A DNA stretch of 46,667 nt from Dimargaris cristalligena (lineage: Eukaryota). The stretch covers positions 1-46,667 of the forward strand of contig ML002293.1 in the NCBI GenBank assembly GCA_003614675.1, given 5' to 3'. The position numbers and the translations under genes are program-made. Positions 22,090 to 33,200 of this stretch are shown in pieces (position 1 is the stretch's first letter; every line of letters starts with the position of its first letter). Under the pieces are notes generated by a model. That model was given only the letters and a program-made list of their open reading frames with translations. It did no database searches and was not told the DNA's origin.

Positions 22090-23171
22090 GAAACATATAT
22101 CCCTACATGCATTGGTTGATCTACAATTTACATTTAGTAATATTATATCCATCGATTGCAAACCACATCTCAAACACTTGCACTACTACTTATGGCAGGG
22201 TAGTTGTTGTTGGTATAGCAGGCTTGCTTTTATTATTACCGGTGGTTGCCAGCAGAATAAGGCTCTAGTTTCGTAATTTTCTACATCCATAGACACGGGA
22301 TGTAGACTTAATAGGATGGGATGCGAAGTTGCGGGGTTTTGGAACTGGGATACTACTCCAGTGACCTACAGCGGTACCAAGTTCCCGGTTCCGTGTATAT
22401 GAGGGGCCAGAATACCCCAGTGGCCCCCCACCTTGTCATTGGAGTGTGGATACGCCGAATCTGTTGGGGAATTCTCCGTTGGGTTCTGTTCAGCGACTTT
22501 CCCCAACGCTTACCCAGGTGTAAGCTAGCTAACTGCAAAGTTTAGGCAAGACCGGCAATCCCAGTTTAACCATGGTTAAGGCAATCAGAACAGGGCAGAG
22601 GCAGCCGAGTACCCAACGCGGTGGGAATCGCATGAGGATATCCGTCCGCTATCCCTGACTGAAAATAGGCAATGCTGCTCTCCAGAAAACGCCATGTGGG
22701 TCGTTTAGCTGCTGACTCGGATTTCCGGAGAATGTATTGGTAAGGTTTGTCCTTTAGCCGGGGGTAGAGACCGCAGGTCCAATCCACGTGGGCGGGCCTC
22801 CCTGGATTCGGGGACTGGGAATTGCCCTTCTCTAGTACAGCCGGTTCATTCGGGTCGCCCTGTAGGAGGATGCCCGCCGCTAGGAGGGGTGTGGCATTCG
22901 AACCTAACAATGGGTGACGGCAATTGTACGGGGCACTGGCAGGTGATGTGATTGCAGTAGGGAAGGAAGGGGGAGAAAGTATCTTCTGTTCAAACCCCTC
23001 CTTCTAGACTTCCGACTTGCAGATTGTGCTTGGATCCCCTGGACAAGTGGCCACATCATTCTGCAGGCGTTACTTGTTTGCCGTGCTGACTGGTTGGTGA
23101 CAGAGTATTTCCCCGGTTTCGGAATCCTTTCTGGGCCGGCCGAAGGGGGAGAGGATATGGCAGAGTCTCGG

Positions 23172-23178
23172 TATAAAA
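23172..23178 (+). promoter_or_regulatory. Putative TATA box of the cytochrome P450 reductase gene
   Basis: TATAAAA followed by a pyrimidine-rich UTR-like region, about 330 bp upstream of the ATG. Confidence 0.4.
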
Positions 23179-23502
23179 GGGTTGGAGAGTTCCCCACTCT
23201 CCTTAACACGCCATTTCATTTTCAACCAATCGTTTCGATTTCTCCTTACTATTATTGTCCCTGGCCCTTGTGCGCTCCACCGATTGATTTGTTCGCCTGT
23301 TTGGGAGACAGATTTGACTGAGGCCAATACCGTATTTTTCTCCTCAAAGAAAATCATCCCACGGCATTATCTGGCTTACTCTTCTTACCCCTTATTAAAC
23401 CCTTCACTCCCCTCTGCCCGCCCCCGGCACTGCCTCTACCTTTCCTTTACTCTATTTATCTCTTTTGCCATCCGCCTCTTTCGTGTATGTAATTCCCCCA
23501 CC

Positions 23503-25866
23503 ATGGATACTACGCCATTGCCCTCCACTCAGCCCGACGGCGAGGCCCCCGTCTCGTTTGAATTCTCCGATTTTTTTATTATCGCCTTAGTCCTGGCCGC
23601 CGCCAGTCTCTACCTATTCCGCCGCTCCTCCCCAACTCCCCCCAAAAACAATCCCTTCGCCAAGTTCCAGGAGAACCTGAACCGAACCGGTGCCACCAGT
23701 ACCAACAGCAATGCCACCACCGGTTCGGGTCACTCGCCCGCCGCCGCCCAGGGCAAAAAACTGCAAAATTTCGTGCAGGAGATGCGGGCCGCTGGACAGC
23801 GAGTCATTTTCTTCTACGGTTCCCAAACCGGCACCGCCGAGGACTTGGCCCAGCGTCTGGCCAAGGAAGCCGCCCAACGGTTCGGCATTGCCAGTCGGGT
23901 GGCGGACATTGAGGAGTGCGACATGACAGTACTGAACCAGTTGCCTTCGGAGCACTTGGCCGTGTTTCTCATGGCCACCTACGGCGAAGGCGAACCCACC
24001 GACAGCGCTATTGAGTTTTGGGATTTCCTCATCGACCCCGCCTCGGGTAACGATGAGCACCTGCCCGACTTCAGCGACCCCGCCGACCGGGAGGACCTGC
24101 CGCCCATCGCCGACGATACCAAACCCCTGGAACACCTGCGTTTCGCGGCCTTTGGTCTAGGTAATAGCACCTACGAGATGTTTAACCAGGTCGGTCGGTT
24201 GTTGGACAAACAACTGCTTCGCTTGGGTGCCCAGCGGCTGCACATCTTAGGAGAGGGCGACGATGACCGCAGTCTGGAGGAGGACTTTATTGCTTGGAAG
24301 GACGACCTGTGGCCCCACGTCTGCCAGCATTTGGGAGTGGATATGGATGCGACCGGTTCGGCCGCCCAGGTGGCCACCTACACCGTGACGGAGTTGCCGG
24401 CTGATAGTAGTAGTTCGGCGGTGCCGTCCGACTCCGTATTCCGGGGCGCACTGGTCTCGAAACCCACTGAATCGGGTCTGATTCCCACCTACGATGCCAA
24501 GAACCCCTATATCGCTCCCCTCGCCACCGTGCGGGAACTGTTCCAACCCTCCGCCCAGCGCAGCTGCCTGCATTTGGAGCTCGACATTAGCGATGCCCAG
24601 GGCATGAACTACGTCACCGGAGACCACGTCGCTGTGTGGCCCGTCAATCCCGAGGTGGAAGTCAACCGTCTGTTACGCGTACTAGGCCTAGAAGGCCAGG
24701 CCGATGCCATTATCAACGTGGCCACTTCCACTACGGCTAGACCCGGCACCAAGCTGCCGTTTCCCACCCCCACCACCTACCGCACCGTCCTGCGCCACTG
24801 TCTCGATATTGTGTCCCCGCCCTCCCGGCAATTCTTCGAGACCCTGGTTTCGTTTGCCCAATCTGAGCCGGCCAGGCAGTTCCTCGGTGAGCTAGCCCAC
24901 GATAAGGAGGTCTATGCCCGGGCCGTACACGATACCCGCTATACCATGGGTGAAGTCATTGAAATCGTCCGGCAACGGGAAAGCGACGCCGGTGTGGGTC
25001 CCGAAAAATGCTACCGGATCCCATTTGCCAATCTACTGGACGAATTCACCCGTATCTTACCGCGTTACTACAGCATTAGTTCGTCGGCGGTCCTCGACCC
25101 GAAACACGTGCATGTGACCGCCGTGGTGCTCGACTACCAGCCCGAACCCACCCCACAGCGGACCGTCTACGGTGTCTGTACCAACTACTTCAAGGCGATC
25201 TACGACTATCTGAATACCAACCCGGGACGTACTCCTAACCCGACGGAAGGGATCGTCTACCGGGACCGCTACCCTTACCTCCTGCGCCCCGATGCGGCCA
25301 CCGGTGAGTTCGAAGTAGCCATGTTCATCCGCCGGTCTAATTTTAAACTGCCCCGGTCGATGAGTACACCCATCATTATGATCGGACCCGGTACGGGGGT
25401 GGCCCCTTTCCGTGGATTCGTGATGGAACGGAGTCACTACGCCCAGCAAAATGCCGCAGCTGCGGCCGGGACCAGTTCCTCCAACTCGCCCGTTGTCGGT
25501 ACCACGCTCCTGTTCTACGGCTGCCGGTCCCAAACCCAGGACTACCTCTACGAAACCGAATGGCCCGCTTATTTCCAACACTTACCCGCCCCTTCGGCCA
25601 TCCACTGCGCCTTCTCCCGGGACCAGCCCCAGAAAATCTACGTCCAGGATCTGCTCAAGCAACACCAAGAATTGCTCTGGGAGCTCTTGCACGAACAGAA
25701 CGCGTACGTCTACGTGTGTGGTGATGCCCGGCATATGGCCCGGGATGTCATTAAAACGTTTGTGGATATTGCGGCCTCGATTGGCGGCTTGCCCCAGAAA
25801 CAAGCAGTCAACTTCGTCAAGAATTTGCGTGGTCAGGGACGGTATCAGGAAGATGTGTGGTCGTAA
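23503..25866 (+). CDS. NCP1: NADPH-cytochrome P450 reductase, about 787 aa, intronless
   Basis: CCACC-ATG at 23503 and an N-terminal membrane anchor (FFIIALVLAAASLYLF). FMN motifs FYGSQTGTAED, ATYGEGEPTD and FGLGNSTYE, FAD motif PRYYSISSS, NADPH motifs MIGPGTGVAPFRGF and YVCGDA, and terminal QEDVWS. Confidence 0.97.
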   Translation: MDTTPLPSTQPDGEAPVSFEFSDFFIIALVLAAASLYLFRRSSPTPPKNNPFAKFQENLNRTGATSTNSNATTGSGHSPAAAQGKKLQNFVQEMRAAGQRVIFFYGSQTGTAEDLAQRLAKEAAQRFGIASRVADIEECDMTVLNQLPSEHLAVFLMATYGEGEPTDSAIEFWDFLIDPASGNDEHLPDFSDPADREDLPPIADDTKPLEHLRFAAFGLGNSTYEMFNQVGRLLDKQLLRLGAQRLHILGEGDDDRSLEEDFIAWKDDLWPHVCQHLGVDMDATGSAAQVATYTVTELPADSSSSAVPSDSVFRGALVSKPTESGLIPTYDAKNPYIAPLATVRELFQPSAQRSCLHLELDISDAQGMNYVTGDHVAVWPVNPEVEVNRLLRVLGLEGQADAIINVATSTTARPGTKLPFPTPTTYRTVLRHCLDIVSPPSRQFFETLVSFAQSEPARQFLGELAHDKEVYARAVHDTRYTMGEVIEIVRQRESDAGVGPEKCYRIPFANLLDEFTRILPRYYSISSSAVLDPKHVHVTAVVLDYQPEPTPQRTVYGVCTNYFKAIYDYLNTNPGRTPNPTEGIVYRDRYPYLLRPDAATGEFEVAMFIRRSNFKLPRSMSTPIIMIGPGTGVAPFRGFVMERSHYAQQNAAAAAGTSSSNSPVVGTTLLFYGCRSQTQDYLYETEWPAYFQHLPAPSAIHCAFSRDQPQKIYVQDLLKQHQELLWELLHEQNAYVYVCGDARHMARDVIKTFVDIAASIGGLPQKQAVNFVKNLRGQGRYQEDVWS

Positions 25867-26366
25867 TCAATCCGAGCCCTATCCCCCTCATCTTCTTTTT
25901 CTTTTCCTCCCCTAGTTGGGATTGTCTATTTATATATGAATACTATACTATATTTGACTCCCATTATTTTCGTAAAGGAACATTGCCAATAGTTACATTG
26001 TTATTATTATCATCACTTTGTGCTTCATTTACCTGTCCGGTCTTCAGACATTAACTTAATCCGACACCGTTATAAATATTATTAGACTACACATATAATT
26101 GTGGAGGCTGGATTATAGGTGGTTGATATTATTACCATGTCAATTTGATAATGGAAAGTATGCCCAAATATTTAATTATGTATCACTCAAGCGAATGTTT
26201 TTCGCATTATCCATCCCTCACGGGGCTTGAGCATGCCATATTGGGTACTTTGTGTGGTCCACCAGGCTTAATTGCCAAATAGCCGAAAATGCCAATGCGC
26301 TGGGTTCTATTAGCCAATTGTAATGCTACCGTATTTACCTTTTTTTTTTCATGTTTTAATAGGACG

Positions 26367-26408
26367 ATTACCCCTTCTATCATCGAATCCCATGATAGAA
26401 GGGGTAAT
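26367..26408. repeat. Perfect 17-bp inverted repeat with 8-nt loop
   Basis: ATTACCCCTTCTATCAT-cgaatccc-ATGATAGAAGGGGTAAT. Confidence 0.9.
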
Positions 26409-29400
26409 GACGATTAAACGAGCCTGCGACGTTTAATTGTAAATAACGGGCCAAACTACTATAAGGCTAAAGCCCAAAGCTCCTGTAAATAGTACCTTAT
26501 TGGACGTTTATTTTTATAAAGTACTCGGTTGTCCGTGGCATACTCAACTAATTCGTATTTCAGGTTGGTTGAACGGTAACAATATGAGTAGCAATCGATT
26601 ATTAGGCGTCTCTTCACCAGTCTATCCTTTGCAGATTGATGATTAGGTTCAGCACAGTCATTGAGACTAAATGGAACTGTAACTGCCCTTTTATCCTGGT
26701 GATGTTTTATATGGAATGTTCGCTGGTACGCATGGCGTACTTAATCGCTTAATCAAATATGGGTAGACACTAGTTAACTATCAGCCCATATTGGTTCTCA
26801 CTCTAATCGGTTTATACAAGAACGAAACCCTCGTTCGCGCTGTAGATTTTTATGCCTTATTTGCACAAAGGTAAACCATACCCCAATTATCAATGACAAA
26901 CCCTTGGCCACCATCGCCGACATTGCGATCTAGCAGTAGTTCTTACACTAATCGGTGACGTATATATACCGACAGATTATCCAGTCTATTAATAACGTTA
27001 CCAACTATAACCACCTTATTTGAGAGCCTTTTGTTGAGTTTCAGTTAGTTCGTATTATTTAATAACCCATCGTTACCCCCCTCCCTGGTTCCTAACATCA
27101 CCGGCGGTAGGAAACTTCTCTGCCCTCCGTACCCCTGTTCCCCCGAGTCCCCCTGCCTTTAACCACGTACCCTCACAGCCTAAAAAGCTATATACGTATC
27201 ACCCATATTACTCAGTGCTTGGTCTTTTTTTTGGGGGGGGGGGCTTGAGTCAATCCCCAAAACGACCGAAATACCTACAGATGAAAAGTGGGCAAACGCG
27301 ATCTACACAAAATATAGGTATAAGGAGGCCCAAGAAGCAGGTATCAATATATAAGGCTGGAATATCGCCTCACTACTTCCCGACCTGACTTTTCCTCCGC
27401 ATCTTTAATATAAAAACCCAGGCGCCGTAGATGGGTAAATAGAGAGAGAGAGAGTGCGTGTGCGTGAATGTTGGATAGTATAAATTCTGTTGGCTGACCT
27501 ATTTCTGTCGAGGCTAAGGGTTCTGGCCTGGTCCAATTTAGTGATAAGGGAGGTTGGAAAATGGTATCTCGAGTGGGCTAGATGCATTGGTCCGATCTGC
27601 TTAATGACCGTATTATTTTAAGGGGCCATTCAAAGAACAGCCTGGAACATGTTGGAAGTGAAGCAGCTTTACAGGTAATACGGGGGTGTAAGGGGCGGGG
27701 AAGGGGAGTCCTCCAAGAAGGCGGTAAATAACCACAGGTAAAAGGAAATAGTATGATTATGGGCCTTGGGGTCTGAATCGAAACCGGGGAGAAACGGCCT
27801 AGGGTAAATATCATATTGGGGGATATAGGAGCTAAGGAGTGGCGGGTCCTGACTGATTTACTAAAGCAGACTAAGAGCGGTACATGGCTTTCACGCAGGA
27901 ACAGGGCGAGGACGGACATCTACTGAGCCAGTGGAGTGCTATATGGATTTCTACTAGGAGAAGGCTAGCTATATCGTTGCTGGTAGACCAAGGGGACATT
28001 GGCCTTTATTAACTCTCCCTGAAAGTAATCCGCCGTATCCAGTGGTACGTTGACTCGATGATCGACTAGCGCGGACCATTTCAACCTTCATCGACCTATT
28101 ACTCAGTCACTTTGAAGCTCAATAACTGTCAAAATATTTTTATTAAAGACACCCGTTTGTATGTAGCCGGAGTTCATCTATAATTTACATACTCAAAACG
28201 TGGTGCAGCTATATACTTCTCCCTTCCCAATACCCCAATATGTCCGGCCTATGGTTTCCACGAGGTGGAACTATTGGGGGATTTGAAACAGTATATTTTA
28301 AAGTAGCCCAAGACAATCAAGCCTTACTACTACTACTACTACCCCCATTTTCTATTGATATAACAATTACACCACCTACTTCAATTCCACCAGCACCAGC
28401 CTGGTACTATTAACTTGCTTTTCTAAAATGGCCGCTAACTGTTCCCGGGTGTTAGCATTGCACCACTTAATATAACCCCAATCAATAATCCAGGATCCTC
28501 GTTTGATGATATTACTTTCGTAGCAAACGTTACCAACCATTTAAGATCGACTTAGGCCAGGATACCGGTGTACTCAGCTTCCCTGGGTTATCTATACTAT
28601 ACAATGGAGCGCAAAAAAAAAAACATAATGCTCTACATCCATTTTGACACATTCTTTACCCATTTGCCCTTTTTCAGTTTGCCAGCTTTAGGTTGGGTGG
28701 CACCTAAACCATTTCTGTCCAACCTCAGTTGTTTCTTTTCGACCACATCTGCAATCGCGGGACTCTTCTTCCATAAAGTGGGATGCTTCAAAGTAAAGGG
28801 TCGACATAGGGGAAACGCCATGGGTAGTCTGGCTGGAGGAGGGAATGCCCTATTAGAAAACCTGACCAAATCGGTGAAACCCTTTGTTTTTCTGATCTGA
28901 ACCATCTAAATTTAGGGCTTCGGTCCTTGATATTGTTTGATGTACTTTGATACCGTATGACTAGGTTTAAAATGTCTCGCCCAAACCGAATAATAACGGC
29001 TAATTGACGGCCAATCTTCAATAGTGCAAAAGGGTGGCCACCATGGGTACTCTACGGAACACAAGTAAACTCTTTTAATGGCAGCGTGTCATTTCGGATG
29101 GCAAGTCGCCAGTCGATGATAAGTATGTTTTGCGAGGCCATTGTTGTCCTTTGAACCCCCCCCCCCCGCCCCCATTATCTCTCACCCAAATGGTCACGAT
29201 TGCCTATAAACTGATGCAAAGGGAAATAGAGCAGTGATATAGAATAAAAAAAATGATACTGAAGGCTCTGAGAGCGCTGTTTGAGCGCACCTGTACGACG
29301 TTTGTGACCACAGTAGTGGCGGGTACCTAACTGCCACCGCTGTATTCCTAAAATGCAACCAGTTGGGGCCCTGAAGGGGTGTACAGTGCCCCACTCACTG

Positions 29401-29631
29401 CCAGCACGCCTATGGATCATCCCCGCCCATAATTAGTGACGCTCTGATGTGACGAGTCTTCCACACACTCGCACATACACTCACCGGCTTCCAATTAATA
29501 ACTATTGTTTTCGTTTTTGTTAAAAAAGAAAAATCTACTGGAGGTGCCGTTGGCCTTTGGATGTTTGATAGTAAGGAAAGGGGGATGTGGTGAGAGAGGT
29601 AGGTTTCAGGTCACAACAGTAGTTAATTAAA

Positions 29632-30216
29632 ATGAAGAGTAACCCTGGTCGTGATTTTTGGTAATATTCACATGCCCTTACTGTAAGAGTCCATCTACCT
29701 TTTCAAATCGATGTGACCTTGCTTACGAGGTAACTCTCCCTTTTCAGGCATAGTATTGCCCCAGAGCTAGCACTTGCTATCTACGCCTTATTCAACCCCA
29801 CTCACTGGATATAGGCCAACTACTATGCCATTTACGATGGCGACCGCTGTAATGGTGTCATGGTGCCAGCCAGGGGCACGGTATTTAAAGTCCCTGAATT
29901 AGGCTACGACGGCTCAGCGTATTCTCCCCTGGGAACTTACATGTATAAAGATGCCTTGTTTGCAATCAGGGGTATTCGGCATTTTGCAGTGAGACCCAGA
30001 GCCTTTCAAGGTGGGGCAGTGGTCCCTGGAACTTTTGAATACTGGAGGTAACTGTGGCTGGGGGATACCGAATACTCAATTAGCTCTACCTCCCTCAATG
30101 TATTCCATCTACCTAGACTCAGGTTACCCATTGCATATTGGAGTGCTAACAGCCATTCCCACCCCGCCTGTGCCATTTGGTTAGTTTATTATTTAGACCG
30201 ACTGATGTTGATATAA
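29632..30216 (+). pseudogene. Possible three-exon small-protein gene or pseudogene with a disrupted 5' end
   Basis: Two GTAACT...TAG introns (29730-29814, 30048-30116) join three open segments in frame up to TAA at 30214-30216. Exon 1 has no in-frame ATG. No recognisable homology. Confidence 0.3.
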
Positions 30217-33200
30217 TATACATAATTAAAGGGAAACAAGTACTAGGGAAGTGATAAATTAGGCCAATGGTGGAGTACGGCCGTAATAGCCGATGAATAC
30301 TTTTCAGCATAACACGGTTTATGAAGCGAACAAATGCGTACAGTAACTAGAGAATATGAGAATGGGGCGAGCATTTTAAAAGTCTGAGGAGTATCCTTAA
30401 ATTCGGCTAGGTAATTCGGATCTTAAGCTGGACTTCTATTTCAATCAGTGTATCTATCCCCAGCAACGTACACACTACCTGTTAGGGGGGTGGATCGTTG
30501 CCTTTGCGACCATTTCTAATCACCCTCCATCAGATAGACTATTGTAGTGGTATTCCAATACCTTCACCAAGAAGTAGGAATTAGATATGTAATCCATGTC
30601 CCCAGTTGTATTTTCTTCCCCAAGGCTCGCGACGCTCTCCTTCTTACCTCCATGTCCAGCGGGGGGCATCCGATTAATTGACGCCCCGCTTTTTTTGCCG
30701 AATTCCCCAACAATAAACGCCGAAGGGGTTGTCATAGAAAACTCCACAATGAAGGCCCTATTCCCTGTCCTACTCGACCAACCAGTTGACTGTGAGCACC
30801 TATACCCCTGGTCGCAGTTCCTATTATTTTCGATCAAGGACGAGTTTCAGCGGGTAGAGTATAGGCCTTTTCATATTTTTTTACTTCTTTTTATTCGTAT
30901 ACTGCCTATTAGGAAATGGTTATACCAGCTGTCAAGACAGTGTGGTTATGGTTACATGGTGGGATCAAGCTATGAATAGCTTGGGTACACCAATCTACTC
31001 TGCAGTCACCCATAAGTGCCATCTCAGTTGCGTTTTTTTTGTTTCGTTGGATTTTAAGCTACAATTTGGCGAACGAACTGATCAATTTGCCAATCCTAGG
31101 AGAGGTGGTTGTGGATAAAACGGGTCCACTCTCTAGCCATCTGGGGACCTTATGCATGCCCCAAAACTGGTTTCCGCCACCATTCCATAATAGAATTCTA
31201 GTCCAGAGGCGGGTAGGTGTCTGACCAGTTACTCACGTATCCCCTATAGATCCCCCACCATTACCAATTTCGCTGGGTCAGCCGGCGAGTACTGCGAACA
31301 CTTGCTTGTCAGTTGGCACATGTTGGGCCCATTCTAATATTGACCCCACCCCCTCCTCTCTCGCCGGTATTACCGATGTGTTGCTGTAAGACCCCTTCGT
31401 TAGAGAGTGGCTATGCTCAGCTCTATCTTTCCAGTCCCAACTGACGGCTTGGCCTCTAACAATGGAGTACTAGTTTGGGTCATACGGCCTGACGCTGTTT
31501 ACTGGCTGGGCATTACTGTTGGTCGGATCGTGTTACACCGGATAGCTTGGTCCCCCATGGCAGGCCCCTATTAATATTATACCTTCACAGACTGACAAGT
31601 GGACTTTTCGCCATGCGTTTGATCCCCTTGAACTGATTCAACGGCAGCCACGCATCGTTCGGTTAGATAGTAAAACAAAAAATATGGGAAATCGGAGACG
31701 GCCGGTCTAAGAACGCACTAGGTTCATCCCAAGGTTGAAAGTGAAGCACACGGTGACCGGAAGGATATTTCGGCAGACCAAAGGGGGATGTTATGCCCTA
31801 ATATGCACAGCTAATCTAAAACAATACATGCTTTATTGAATCCCATTCCTTTTTGGGAGTCGAGTGCAGCTGGTTAGTCTGCGTGCCGCTGCGTCTAAAA
31901 ACAGGCAATGCATTGGAGTTGTTTTCAAATGCCAGAGTGACGAAGGGAGCATTCCCCTCTGCTGTTGCCTAGATTGTTAGTTACGCCGGCCGTCACACAG
32001 TCTTACCTCCGTATTCACCCGCAACAACTTGGCCTTCGAGGTGAATATCTATTCATTCACCCCCCCCAAAAAAAAACAAAAAACTATTGTTATTATTATT
32101 GCAATGGCTGGATCCTGGGGTATAATCTGAGACATACTTTGTGGAAGCCGGGTTATTTAAAGAGTGAAAAAGAGGGGGGTGTATTATCACCAACTAGATC
32201 ACAATGAAGTGGTCCGGTATACTTGACCCAAAGAGGGCATACGGACGACAAAAGGGCTGACCTTAGAACTTCCATTGAACAGATTGGCTGGCCGCGAGTG
32301 TGTAACGATACCAGTGGTGTACTCACTGCGTGGACCATTCCAAGATCTCTTGAGGCCCAATTATAGAGTAAGCTGCACCTTGCCTTTTTTTTGCCGAATC
32401 AGAGCATGAGGGTGCTGTCGGCTCCCATAAGGACCATAGTCATATGTGTCCCTAGGTTCGCTGAAGTGAAATCCCACCCAGAATAATACGACCGTCACCA
32501 TTTCGCTCAAGGACCCCCTCCTCCACCCGCCCTTAATAACGGTATGAGCGTGCAATACATCGGATATAGAGTAGAAGGACTACAGCCCTGGACCCCTTAC
32601 CTACTAGGCTAGATTAACTTTGGGAGATTCTATCCACCCTATTGAAAATTCACAGCCCCTCCAGGGTATTTCGCTCACCAGCCCCTCATTTATTGTGGCA
32701 TACCAGAGTCTCATTTGAGGCTGCCTATCTTTTCTTATACTCACTCCCACCTACTACTCCTTTTTAACAAATATATAACCTAAACTTGGTTACTCTTTTG
32801 GTGCTTTCCCATTACTTCTCCATTACCCCCCTTCTCCTGAGGGAACGTGGGGCTAGGGGTAATCCAGTCTTCAGTAGTGGTAATTATAGGGCTAACTCTA
32901 CTTCCAAAGAACAGTGCCAAAGTGAGTATCCAGACATTAAGGCCCAGCCGAGCGTGCTATTGGGTGGGGTAAGGGTTAAGCGAATGATTTGGCCGTCCAC
33001 CGAAAGTCGGACTTACCATACCGACAATCCCACTGGTCAGGCCATATGAGACGAGTCGCTTTTAGAGCGACAGTTTGGTTAAAGTGGGTATATGATAACC
33101 CTTTTTGATATTGTAATTATACTGCTATACTTGGATATTGTCTCCTACAAATGGTGACGGTCCAATGGATACTAGGTTTGGTGAGCTTTTTACTTATTTT

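Noticed and set aside
28633-29141. Overlapping short minus-strand ORFs that might be a decayed gene
   Set aside because: They require an internal stop and a frameshift, and show no recognisable homology or splice structure.
30596-30979. 127-aa plus-strand ORF
   Set aside because: Lacks the GC3 bias of real genes here and has no motif; the length is compatible with chance.
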